64,000 bases of DNA from Vicugna vicugna (lineage: Eukaryota): contig MU061578.1 in the NCBI GenBank assembly GCA_013265495.1, positions 3,109,308 to 3,173,307 of the forward strand. Reading direction: 5' to 3'. How positions within the stretch are numbered: position 1 is the stretch's first letter; each line of letters starts with the position of its first letter. Shown here piece after piece: positions 13,169 to 24,500 of this stretch. A program made the translations under genes and the position numbers. Under the pieces are notes generated by a model. That model was not told where the DNA came from and made no database searches. It saw only the letters and a program-made list of their open reading frames with translations.

Positions 13169-13377
13169 CAACCTACCATATATACACTACTATATATGAA
13201 ATAAATAATAACGAGGTCTTACTGGATAGCACAGGGAACTGTATTCAATACCTTATAATAATCTATAAAAACAAAAATATGAAAAAAAAATATATGTATA
13301 ACTGACTCACTTTGCTGTACACCAGAAACCAACACAACATTGTCAATCAACTATACTTCAAACATAAAAAAAAAAAA
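13169..13377 (+). mobile_element. 5'-truncated L1 3' end with poly(A) tail
   Basis: tagcacagggaact...tattcaata...ctttgctgtacaccagaaac...tcaactatacttc then poly(A); perfect TSD tatctgtaga at 13159-13168 and 13378-13387. Confidence 0.88.
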
Positions 13378-14184
13378 TATCTGTAGAGAATCGAAAAGAC
13401 TAAGGAATCTTGATGCGGGGTGGGTGTGTACAACGACCCTGAGGGAACACCCACTCTCCCTGCACAGAAACCACCAGGGAGACATGAGTCCCCTTGGGCG
13501 CGGCAGGTACCGGCAGAGCTAGACCTATGTAAGCTTTCCTCATCTTCCCTCCAGGTCTTCCCCGCTGAGAGTCAACATGTCCAAATGAGGCAGCTCATCA
13601 TTCCCTCCGTCAGCAAAGGGGCTCCTTACTGGCCCCGCCCTGAGCTGGGCTCTGTGAAGCCCCCCTCCGCCCCGGCCCATAATCAGGAGAACTGCTGTCA
13701 TCTCACTATTTTTATCCAGGAGGTGAAGCGGAGACAGCTCTGTAGGAGGCCGAAGCCTGGTTTCATTCTGCACAAAGCAGTGCTCGGAGACTCAGGAACA
13801 AGGCTCCGAGAGGCACTGCCAGGCTTTCCAACAGAGCCACCAGCCGACACAGTCTGGCCAGGCCTGGGCATCAAGCTGGCAGCAGAGGCTCAGAGCCACT
13901 CTCCCACCTCAGGGAGAAGCACCCCACTTCACGCAACGGGAAGGACTGCGTGGAGGGCAGTCCCAGTCTTTCTAACCAACTGCGCGGGTGCAGGCCCATC
14001 TGCCGCAGGGCATGAAGGCCTGGACCACACGCCATGCCTGCACCTGAGCCGAGCTCACGGGAAGCCAGGCCAGTGCCACGGGCGGCCCAGTAACAGTGCA
14101 CAGAATGGGTGGGCAGGGGCCCGAGAGGCAGGTGAGCCCCAGCTTGGAGGCAGGTAGAGTGAAGGCTGTGGCGGCAGAACTTAC

Positions 14185-14281
14185 AGGAATGTGAGGTAGA
14201 GGCACCCGCCCGTTGACCTGGACGCTCTCCTGCATCTCCCGGCGGTGCTGCTTGCGGATCCTGTACGGTGGGATTCCATCC
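14185..14281 (-). CDS. AXIN1: AXIN1 exon 4 (97 nt)
   Basis: Acceptor CAG at 14284-14282, donor GTAAGT at 14184; encodes [32 protein letters not shown]. Confidence 0.97.
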
Positions 14282-14361
14282 CTGTCGGGAAGAAAGAGTC
14301 CAGTGTGAGCACAAGTAGAACGGCTCAGCAAAGCTCAGCTGAGCTCTGTATCATCTCAGAG

Positions 14362-14489
14362 CAGGGCTGGTGCAGCTGACTTTTCTGAGGCCTGACAGCT
14401 AAGAACAACTTTCATATTCCTAAAGTGGAGGAAGAACATGTGAGAGAGATGGTATAGGGTCCTTTACAAAAAACACCTGCTGCCCCCTG
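14362..14489. mobile_element. Degraded hAT-type DNA transposon (MER58-like MITE)
   Basis: Starts cagggctgg and ends cctttacaaaaaacacctgctgccccctg, resembling MER58 termini (CAGGG...CCCTG). Confidence 0.45.
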
Positions 14490-17475
14490 TTTTGTTGCGT
14501 GGGCAGGATATGGTGTGCCTACCCAGAAAGAGTGCTCTAAATGGGCTGGAAACATTTGACGGCTGTAAAATGGGTGGTCAAGACAATCTTGATGACGTTG
14601 GGAAAGATTTCCAAGGTTCCTATACTCTGCTTTCTTCCAGGGTAAATTGGTAAAGCAGTGTAATCTCTCTGAGGGATGCTCAAATTAGTTTTCTTGATGT
14701 AAGTTTTAGTTATAAATCCTTTTGAAGATTATGATAAACATATAAATCAAATTCTGTACTGCCTTTAACATCACTAAAGCACTCATTCATGAGACAGGCC
14801 AGATCTAACGGGTGACGCACTGTAAATACGCCATCCCTAAAAGCTCTGCAGCACTCTCCCGCTATTTAAAGCTACTCTGGGGAGCAGAACGGTCAACAGG
14901 AGCCTTCTCTGGATCCGTGCTTTCATGTCCCTGAAGGATCCTGCAGTAAGCTGCCTCCTTCAAGAGCTGGAAAAGATGGCTCTTCCAATCCTCTGCTCCA
15001 AAGACCCCAACCTCCGAGTTTTCTGGTGGGTGCAGTGAACATTTGTGCCAGTGATTCCTCGTGACCCCTCACCTTCTTCTCGAGCACTGCCCTCAGGGAA
15101 GGTCCTGGCAGAGCAGTGGTGTTCTTACTGGACAGCAGGATGCGAACACACAGCCATGGCAATTCTGATCTCATTGCACTAACTGCTAGACAGCCTAGTG
15201 AAGCCACCACTAAGCCCCTCAGTGCCCCAAGCACAGTGCTTAGTGTGTCTTGGTCTACATCCTGGGCAGACACACACCCACAGCTCAGTGGCTTTGTTGG
15301 CAGGCAGGGCTGCAACATTCTCTCTTAAAATCACACCCCGGAGTGCAGCCTGGGTGGAAAGGGTGCATTTTGGTTCTTTGGTTCAGAGCAGGGCAGAGAG
15401 AGGCTGTGATGGTGCCCCGGTGTCCCTGGCTGTCAGAGCCCCACTTAGGAGACACAGTGCAGCTGGCTCAGCGATCCAGTGGGGGACAGAGTGCTCAAAG
15501 GGATAGTCATCAAGGAACAAGAGAGTCAAGTGCATCTGAATGCCCTTACACGTCCCAGGGTTTGTTCAGGTGTCCTGAGCCACCACCCTTGTCTGTTTCT
15601 CATACACTCTGGGCACCTGAATCCACACACCTCTGAGGATCAGGCACTGGCCTCAGACGTCCACGTCCCAAGTCAGTGGACTGGGAAGCATTTCACCACA
15701 TGGATGAGCTGTTGAGTGCAGAAGCCCCCAATAAAAATAATTTAGATGAAATACACCATCCTATTTATTGCCTCATGTACATTCAAATGTCTGTCACAAG
15801 TTTACATTTCAAATTCTTAACTATTCCTATATTTCTGAGTCTCAGTGTAAATCAAGATAAACAGAATATCAGGGAAAATTATTTTTTAATTTTAGATCTT
15901 CCCTTTAGCAAACATATGTCCTTTTCCTGGAGAAAATGAAGAGATTAATTTTCATTGTAGTAACAGAGTCTTGGGGAAGGAGAAAACAGATCTTATGTTG
16001 TCAGCTGCTCCTGGAGGTCTGAGGGGCTGCAGCTCACTGTTACTCTTTTATACAAACTTTATATTCATGGCAGATGCTGTTACAAACCCCTAGTGATTTC
16101 CAATAAGAAATTGTTAAAAACATTTTATATTAAAGATTCAAACTAAAGGAGGATGTAATGATGAATGTGAAAAATCACACACGGGCTCAACCTGACAGGA
16201 TGATGTCCACACCACGTGGTCACCAAAGGGGAGAGAGAAACCGTCCCAGACGCATGATGTGGGGCCGCCTAAGTCTGCTCTGAGACAGCATGTGACAACC
16301 TGTCCTGTTCACTAGAGGGCGCGGGGCAGGAAGCACGCCCCTTTTTAAAAACACAGGCAGTGCAAGGCACGAACTGGGAAGACAGCACACAGAGCAGGTC
16401 CCAGCATGGGAACGCGTGCTCACCTACAAAGGCAGGATCAACAGCATTCTCCCCACCTAAAGCTGTCTGACCTCCAGACTCTACACCCAGAAGGGACAAA
16501 GTCCCTGTGACCCACTGACAGCTTTCGGGGCCGCAACCCCACATGCTCTTGCAGGGACAAGACACCTGTGGATGCAGACATGGGCTCAAACCTGCTCACT
16601 TCACAGCCAAAGGCTGCCCCCACCCCGGCCCTGGGCCTGGGCCCAGCCAGAACCTTCCCCTCAGTGGTACTCAGACAGCAAACAGCTACGACCAAAAGTG
16701 AGGCAAGTCTGACACCCATGGGAGGCTGAGTTAGGGCCCCATGTGACCCAGCAGGCAGACAGGCAACACCCTGATGTGACAAGGGCATGTCTGACACCAT
16801 CAAACTTCTGACACTTGCTGGGGTCCCAAAAGCCATTTGCCAAAGAAGGTGTCAAAAACAAGCCCTTCCCACAAGGAGGGCTTCCCTGGAGAGGACAGTG
16901 ATAGACGAAGTTCACTGTCACCATTGAGGGATGTGGAGGCACAACATGGCTCATGAGGCCCCTGAGACCTCCTGGACGCGCAGCCTTGCGGCTGACCCTG
17001 AGCCATCGGGCAAAGGGGCTGGCACAGAGCCACAGTGAGTGGACGACATGCATTCTACATTAAGAGGGGGTGAGCACAGAGCAGGATGGGCTGGAGATGC
17101 CCTGCACAGCTGCGCAGCCCTCGGGGACAGCACGGTATCACCACCCGGGCCTACCCTGGATGTGCACCCCAGACACGAATACCAGAGAGACCTAGAGCCC
17201 AAGGCTCCGGCCCCAGCAGCTCTGAAGCCTGTCTCTACCTCACCCCTTGGCTTTCCCCTTCCAAAAGTTCCAGCAGCCTCAGCCTCGGAGAGGAGCAACT
17301 AACGCGGAAGTCGGTTCTGGTTTTCGTTAGGGGTTTTAATGATGCTCCCAGCACTGTAGATGCACTGACGTCAAGCTAGGGGAGGACCACCAGACACCCT
17401 CTGCAAACTCAGCCCTGCTGGGCCGGCCCAGGCTGCCACTCAGAGGGGCTGCTCTTGCCAGGCAGGGGTACTTAC

Positions 17476-17616
17476 ACGCTGCTGTCGGTGAGGGACAGGC
17501 TATCAGCATCGCTGGACAGGCTCTGCTGCTCACTGTCGTTGGCGCTGGTGGCTGGGGCGAGTGCATAGCCAGAGTTGACGTAGTAGGGGTTGATGGGCTC
17601 CCGCCAGGATCCATAC
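17476..17616 (-). CDS. AXIN1: AXIN1 exon 3 (141 nt)
   Basis: Acceptor CAG at 17619-17617, donor GTAAGT at 17475; encodes [46 protein letters not shown]. Confidence 0.97.
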
Positions 17617-18199
17617 CTGTGAACAAGGAGGGCACGTCAGCAGCTGCCGGACAACATCCTCTCAAATTAATCCAGAATCACCTGATATCCTAATACCTGA
17701 ACTAAAAATGCAAACAATTCAGAAAAGAGAGCAGAAAGGGCAGGCATCTCCACCCCGCCTCTAGCCCCACCATTCTTCCCAGAGAGGTCAGCATCTTCCA
17801 CATCTCTCCTGCGTCCAGGCAGACGTGGAAGTGGACACACAGTGTTACCTGGGGTTGTTTTTAATGCATGAAACTGCATACGGGCCACAGCTGTTCTGCT
17901 CTCCCTGCTTCCACAGAGCAGAGCCTGCAGACTCGTGCACGAGCCACAAAGCCAGCCCGCCCTCCCCACCACCTCATGGGGTTCTCACAAGAGCCAGGAC
18001 CCCTTCACAAGGGTCCTGAAGCTGCCCAGGACTCTCGCACACAAGTCTGAGAACTGCCCCAGGATAGACATGGGGGACGGTGGGTGAGGGGGCCCCGCGG
18101 GCTTAACAATGGCTGTCACGTTGTCCTCTGGCCACTTCCTCCCAAAAGTAGTGACCATCCAGCACTCCATGTCTGGGACCACCACCACTCGTCATGTGC

Positions 18200-18860
18200 C
18201 GAACCAGAAATCAACCCTTGGTTTTAGTTTGCATTTCCCTGGTTGATGGTCAGGCTGGCCAGTCTGGGGTGTCACTTAAATTTCTTCCCCTTTATTTTAT
18301 TATTTATTTTAATGGCGGCACTGGGGATTGAACCCAGGACTTCATGTATGCTTAAGCACACGCTCTACCACTGAGGTATACCCTCCCCTGCAAGTTCTTC
18401 CTCTTTAAACTATCTGTTCATACCTTCTGTCCATTTTCTATTGGGCTGTTTATGAGTATCTTAATGATTTACAGGCGCCTTTTAAATATTCTATTAACTT
18501 CTCATTACATACGTGAAAATATTTTCTCTCTAAATGTCACTTTTTAACTATTTACATTGAGTTTGGTATTACAAAACTTTTTTTATTTCTACAAAATCAG
18601 ATTTACCAATCTTTTCCTTTACACATTTTCTTTGTATCTTACATAGGCCAGCCTTCCTCATTATAAATATATTATTAAAGATTATAAATATATTATTCTA
18701 TTTTTCCTGAAATGCTTCAATAGCTTTTTTAAATTTAATTTTTACCTGAAATACGTGTTTGTAAAATCTACCTACTCCCTCACATCAAAATGGAGAGCCA
18801 GCTTTCAGCACTACATACTGAATAATCTACCTTGTTCTGAATGCTTTCAGATGCCATCCT
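18200..18860 (-). mobile_element. Old antisense L1 fragment (hosts a nested SINE)
   Basis: gtttgcatttccctg, ctgttcataccttctgtccattttctattggg and T-rich composition typical of antisense L1 ORF2 end. Confidence 0.55.
18291..18388 (-). mobile_element. tRNA-derived SINE (Vic-1-like)
   Basis: Reverse complement GGGGAGGGTATACCTCAGTGGTAGAGCG...GTCCTGGGTTCAATCCCCAGT plus A-rich tail. Confidence 0.87.
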
Positions 18861-20579
18861 TTCTCACATCTGACTCCCCTCACACACGCACCCACTCCTG
18901 GAGCCTAGGCTGTGCTGCTGCGTGCTTGCTATCCCCACACTGCCTCTTCCCCCCTCCCACCGAAGCCTCCCTTGGGAACAATATCGGTCAGTCTCCACAG
19001 CTCACAGTGAAGGTGGGAAATGACTGAGAGGTCTCTGAAGGCTATGACACGCAGGGGGCCCACCGAGCCTGGGTGGGTGCCCCCCAGCTCCCGCCTCATG
19101 TCTGATCACAGCGCTGGTGAACAGCAGCCTGCACTGACTCTGGGGACCCAGGCTGAGTCACCTCGTCCCTTGGACTTGAGTGTCCTTGGAGTGGGAAGAG
19201 AAGAAACCAGAATGCTTCCACATCAACGCAGCCCCGTGTGGACACCCACCTCTGGATGAACAGACCCTCTGGAAGGCCCAGTTCATGCTGTGCAAACTCA
19301 GGAAAAGGCACTTTAATGAGCAGTCCCAAGCCCTAGGTATCTCAGATGCCTGTCACACAGGGGACAGAGCTGGGTTGGAGAGAGGCCAAGCAAGGCCATC
19401 TCCCTTGGGGACCTAAGCTTCTGTGCTCCCAAGGCCACAGACACCAACAGTGCAGCCACAGTGCTCCTCCTATTCCACCGAGGCAACGGCAGTGGATGGT
19501 GATGTGGCTCATGACTCACCCACCAGCTCAGGATCAGGTGCTTGTCACCTCATGCCACCAGGGGTGGGGGGTTTAGTCACTCAGTCACCAGGGTCTTTCT
19601 AACCAACCCACTGCAGCCTGAGGGTATCCTTGGAGACCACTAATGTGTTCTGGGCAAATGAGGGCAGCGGCAGGGCTGCAAAGGCTCTCAGGACGCATCA
19701 CATCTAAAGGCCTTACGGGAAGGGATGGGGATATCTTCACAGACCTGGACAACCCATCCCTAGGTCCCATGCTTATGCTGATGTGGAGCAGACAAAACGA
19801 TAGAGTCTGCAATGTCACTTTATTTCTAAATGACAGTCATTCCTCTGGTACTTAAAAAGTAAAGCTACCAACAGTGTCACTGTCACAAACACTGTACTGG
19901 AACTCTCATCACAGGGAGCTCTAGGTTGTGTCTCAGTTTTCCTGTGACATCACGGCCAACACCCCACACACCCTTGGGCTGCCCTCACCTTCCCCCACGC
20001 GGCAAGAACCATATTGAGCAGGACCAAGCCTTCAACTCCAGTGCATCTGAGATGGCCTGCCTTCCTCCCCAACAGGTCCTGGGTGTGTCTTCCATGCGCA
20101 GAGAAAGTCCACCTTTATGGCAAAAAGCAGGAAAAACGTGGATCCCCGCCAGGCGGATCTGCAGCTGCCAGGACAGAGCAAATCCCACTTGAGCTCCACA
20201 CTTAGACACAAAGAGAAGAAAAAGCCAGACAAGACAGCACAGGAAAGAGGAAGGGCTATCAGTCAAGGAAGGGTTCACCTCTTTAAAGTTCTGGCAGTGA
20301 AGCTGGCTCTTAGGATGGAGACGGTTCTGCTCAGCCCTGCAGCTGAGCCTTCAATGCCAGCTGACAATAAAGTTCTAGGAAATTCCACAGGGGACACCTG
20401 GACGCTCCCTACAAGACAGCTGGGAACCAGAACTGGGAGGGAGTGTGCTCCTTGCATGTGCAGACACGCCCCGCACACAGACAGGCATTTAGGGAAACCT
20501 CGAGCTTTGCTGCATCTTTCGAGTCCTCAGAATAAAACCTGACCCCGCATTCTGCCTCCGTGTGGCCTGCTCTCTGGGG

Positions 20580-21530
20580 TTGCTGTTTGCAGGTCTTGGT
20601 TTTCCATCCTTTCACATTTAACCTCCCTAGATCCTTTTACTTTTGTGTGTCCTTTGTAAGCAGCCAGCCTCTTCCAGATCCACCTTGGCCATTTTTCCTT
20701 TTAATGGCGTCATTTGGTCCTGCTGCGTCCATTTGTGGTTACTGAGAGAGGACCCTCCATCTCGTCATTTGCTTTCTGTTTGTTGTATCTCTTCTGTTTT
20801 CTTTTGTTCTTTCTTACCTTCTTTTGGAATATTTATTTTCCCTGTCCTCCCTCTAATAAAGTAATAACTCTTTTACTGTTCTTTCAGTGGTTCCTGTAAA
20901 GATCACAAGAGGTACCCTTCATGCATCAAGTCCAATTAACACGGTCCAAATCAACCCCACTCATCTCCTCCACACCCATGTGCTGCTGGTTTTAATTCTA
21001 CGTATGTCTCACATACGTAGACATACGTAGAATTTAATTTAATTCTGGATTTAATTCTACGTATGTCTCACACCTCACAAGATATCATCATCATCATCAG
21101 TCTTGTTTTATTCCGCCAACGGTCACCTAGAATTACCCACATACTTGCCCTTTCCTTCCTGTAGAGGGCATCTCCACCTGAGAGCACTTTCCTTCTGCCT
21201 GAAGAATATCCCTAAATACATCCCTCAGTAAGGGGCTGCTGGTGACAATTTTCTCAGTGTCTATTGGTCTGAAACTTCTTGATTTCCCCTTTATTCTTTA
21301 ATGGTATTTTCACTGGGTTAGAATTCTGGTGGGTAATCATTTTCTATTTCTTGGGAAACTTGTGTACTTTCAGTGGAAATATAATATGGTACAGTGACCA
21401 TGGAACACAGTATGGTAGTTCCTAAAAATTAGAATTACCACTGTTCAGCAATTTCACTTCTTGGCATATATTCACAAGAACTCAAAGCAGGATCTTGAAG
21501 AGACACTTGTCCACCCAGGCACTTTGAAAA
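20580..21530. mobile_element. Old L1 fragments (antisense ~20580-21350, sense ~21360-21530)
   Basis: ttttccatcctttcacatttaacct...cagtaaggggctgctggtgacaatt in antisense; atggaacacagtatggtagttcct...cagcaatttcacttcttggcatatatt in sense. Confidence 0.55.
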
Positions 21531-24500
21531 TATCACTCATCATCATCGACCTCTCCGCCTTGCTCCTAGGAAGGTGAGGAGGTGCCAGCCTCGCCCACCT
21601 GCCCCGCTTCCTAAGGCCAGAGTGCCACATCACTCCCACATCTGGGATGCACGGGGCTCTGTCCTCTGTCCATCCCCCGTTCCTTACTAAATCCCAACGT
21701 GCCACAGACCAGCAGCTGGCAGCTCAACACTGACACACACACATCTTCCGAGGGTGGGTGGGTGGGAAGGATCCCCTTCCTCCCAGGCTGGCCTCAGCTC
21801 CTGGAGCCCAAGGGCCAGCCACTTTCCAGCTTGCCTCCCTGGGCTCCCTTCTCCTCACCTGGGCTGCCACTCCTTCCTGTTTGGTTAGCTCTCCAAAGGC
21901 TTCAGTCCAGTTAAAAAAAAAAAAAATTTCCCAGCGTTTCTGGCCATTTTCAGCAGGAGGCTTGCCTGAACTGCCTGTTGTCCAAATGTGATTCCTTCAT
22001 TTAAAATGAGACCTCCTATCTCCTGGAAACCCTCTGGATGAAAGATGACGCCTAACTTGCATGGCTCCCAGGCGGAATGTCATCAGACCTCTCCGCCCGC
22101 CCCACCACCTGCAGCCTGACCAACATACTCTCACCCACAGAGCAGCCCCACAGAGCCTGGCAGGCGAGGCCTCCCAGAAGCACTTCATCTCCTGTCGAGC
22201 ATCCTTGAGCAAGAGTCTTGTGACTTTTTACTCAGAAATTCAGGCACAAACTGCATTATGCTTCACATTATCCTCTTGTTTGTTGTGGCACAAAAATAAT
22301 GCCTTAAGTGGCTTACCAAGAAGTTCGCTCAGCATTCTAGAAACAAGCTCAACTTCCTGCCCTGCAGTGACCGCACGCAGCATCTGAGCAGCAAGGCTCC
22401 CGTTCCCTGGAGGAGACAGTCCCTGTGCTGTCACTTTCATGGCAGTTGGTTGGGAACGTCAGGGACCAGACACCTCTCTCCCTAGACTATCTTTCCTAAG
22501 CAAGTTGGGAGGTTTCTGAAGAGCACGTAAGATGCAGTTCTGTGTTTGTCTTTTTTAATGTTTTAATCTGGCCAAATAAAACTGCAGTCACCTCAGGCAT
22601 CTCTTAAAATTATATTTGTAATTCTACTGGTCCCCAAATCCCAAACCTGCCTGTGGGACCCTGATCCTTGCTAGTCACTTGGGCTTGGCCCATTCAGAGT
22701 TACTAACTGTAGCGTGTGGTGCCCACCACACTTCTGTCAGGTGAGAAGCTTCAGAGCAGCACCAGGCATGACGCGCTCACTTGCTGATTCAGGGATGCGG
22801 CCCAGCTACAGTCTGAGGTTCTGCAGGAGAGGAACTTGTCTCCCAGCCAGCGCTGCTGAGAACACAGCCAGCAAAACAGAGCTTGGGGTGCGGCAGGGGT
22901 GGTAACAATGACAAAGATCATTTTAGACGAGGAAAATAAACAGAGACTAGAGGAAAGGAGCTAGTTAGCCACGTGGCACACCGTCTCCTCAGCACAGCCC
23001 TGTGGCGCCCTCTGGGCCCTGGTCCCCAGCATCACGCAGCCCACTTCCTAACCCTGGGTGGCTAGAGTTGTTTCCCACCTAGGCAGCCTTGTGTCTTGCC
23101 CACAGTCCTTCTGCTCGGTGCCACACGTGCTGGAATTGGCAGGGCTGACCCCTAAGAAGTCACTCTCATCTTTACCAAACACCTGCACTTCACTTAGCTC
23201 GAGTCTCACCACTCCCCAAGCCCGAATCTTATGTGGGTAGATCGGCCTGGGCTCTGTGGGGTTCCTGCTCACACTAGGGTGCTGGATAAGTACAACTGCA
23301 CGCCGTTAACAGAGGTCTGCCTTGGGAGCTATCGGGGTGGGATGCTTGTCACTTAGCTGAAATCATTAACCCAAAGGAACATAAAGTCCACTCCTAAGAC
23401 AGCACCTCCTCCATCAAGACCTACAAACCACTAGTGGGGATGAGTTATACCTTCTAAATGAAACAAACCATCCTGAATGCGACCAGCGCTCCCCCTGCTG
23501 CAATAGCACATCCATACGTGTGCACATTAGTGGTCCTTGGGATTTAGACGACGCCTTTCTCCCTGCCCCCGGGAGGGCGGCGAGGGCACAGTTGCCACAT
23601 CTTTAAGAGGTAAACGCATGCTGACGTGACCCAGTCCAGCTCAGTGCCCCTCACCACGCTCACCCCTCCGTCTCTGCATGGGCAGCCTGCCGCACCTGGG
23701 AGCTCAAGACCTGAAGGCCTCCAGGCCACAGACATTTCAGGGTCTGAGTCACAGGGTCCCAGAAAGTGTGACGGAGTGGGGCTCTGCCGCGCTGCCCAGC
23801 AAAGGGCTCGGCTGTGGCTCCCAGTGGTCCAGGATCCTGAGTTGCAACCTCCCCACCCTACCCCACTGGTATCCTAAGTGGAGTTCCAGACCAGCCATTG
23901 TGTGCACTCCCACAGAGACGTGAGCAGAGGTGAAGTCCACCTGTGCCTGGGCCCCCTCCTTCCACGTAGTTCTTCTCCCCCAGCCCACAGGCTACTGCTG
24001 CCGTGTATCTTCATTTCATTCCATACACGATGTATTCTTAAACCCAAGGCACTTAAACAACAGTGCTCCAAACAATGTCACACAATTTATTCAGACTTTG
24101 AGGCTGTTTCCACCAGAAGGGCTGGTCAGAAGACCTTGGCCCTGGAAACAGGAATCTTGCCTTCTTTCATTTAGGGGTGAAGAGGGGGTAGTGTTCCTTC
24201 TTTCTCCTCAGCCTCCATCAAACTCTTCAAGGTGCAAGGACAGCCAGAAAACCTCCTGTTTCGCAGTGTGGCCCACGCTTACCCCCTTGCTCACACAGAC
24301 GCCAGCCTAAGACGGCTGTGGCTCAGGCTGGCCTGGTCAGCTGCGCCTCGCCTGCCCTGCACTGCTTCTCTCCACCTTCAGCGGGAATGGGCCCACTCTG
24401 CCATCGGCTGTTCTGTGCCCGTGCCCATAAGCCGAGGACAACAGACCCAGAGTGAGCCCCACGGGTCTGCCCGCACTGGTAAGTGAGCAAGTGGTCTCGT

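Noticed and set aside
13420..14157. 245-aa plus-strand ORF antisense to intron 4
   Set aside because: Non-ATG start, no domain similarity, likely a chance ORF
18660..18697. 17-bp direct repeat attataaatatattatt
   Set aside because: Low-complexity AT-rich slippage duplication inside a decayed L1
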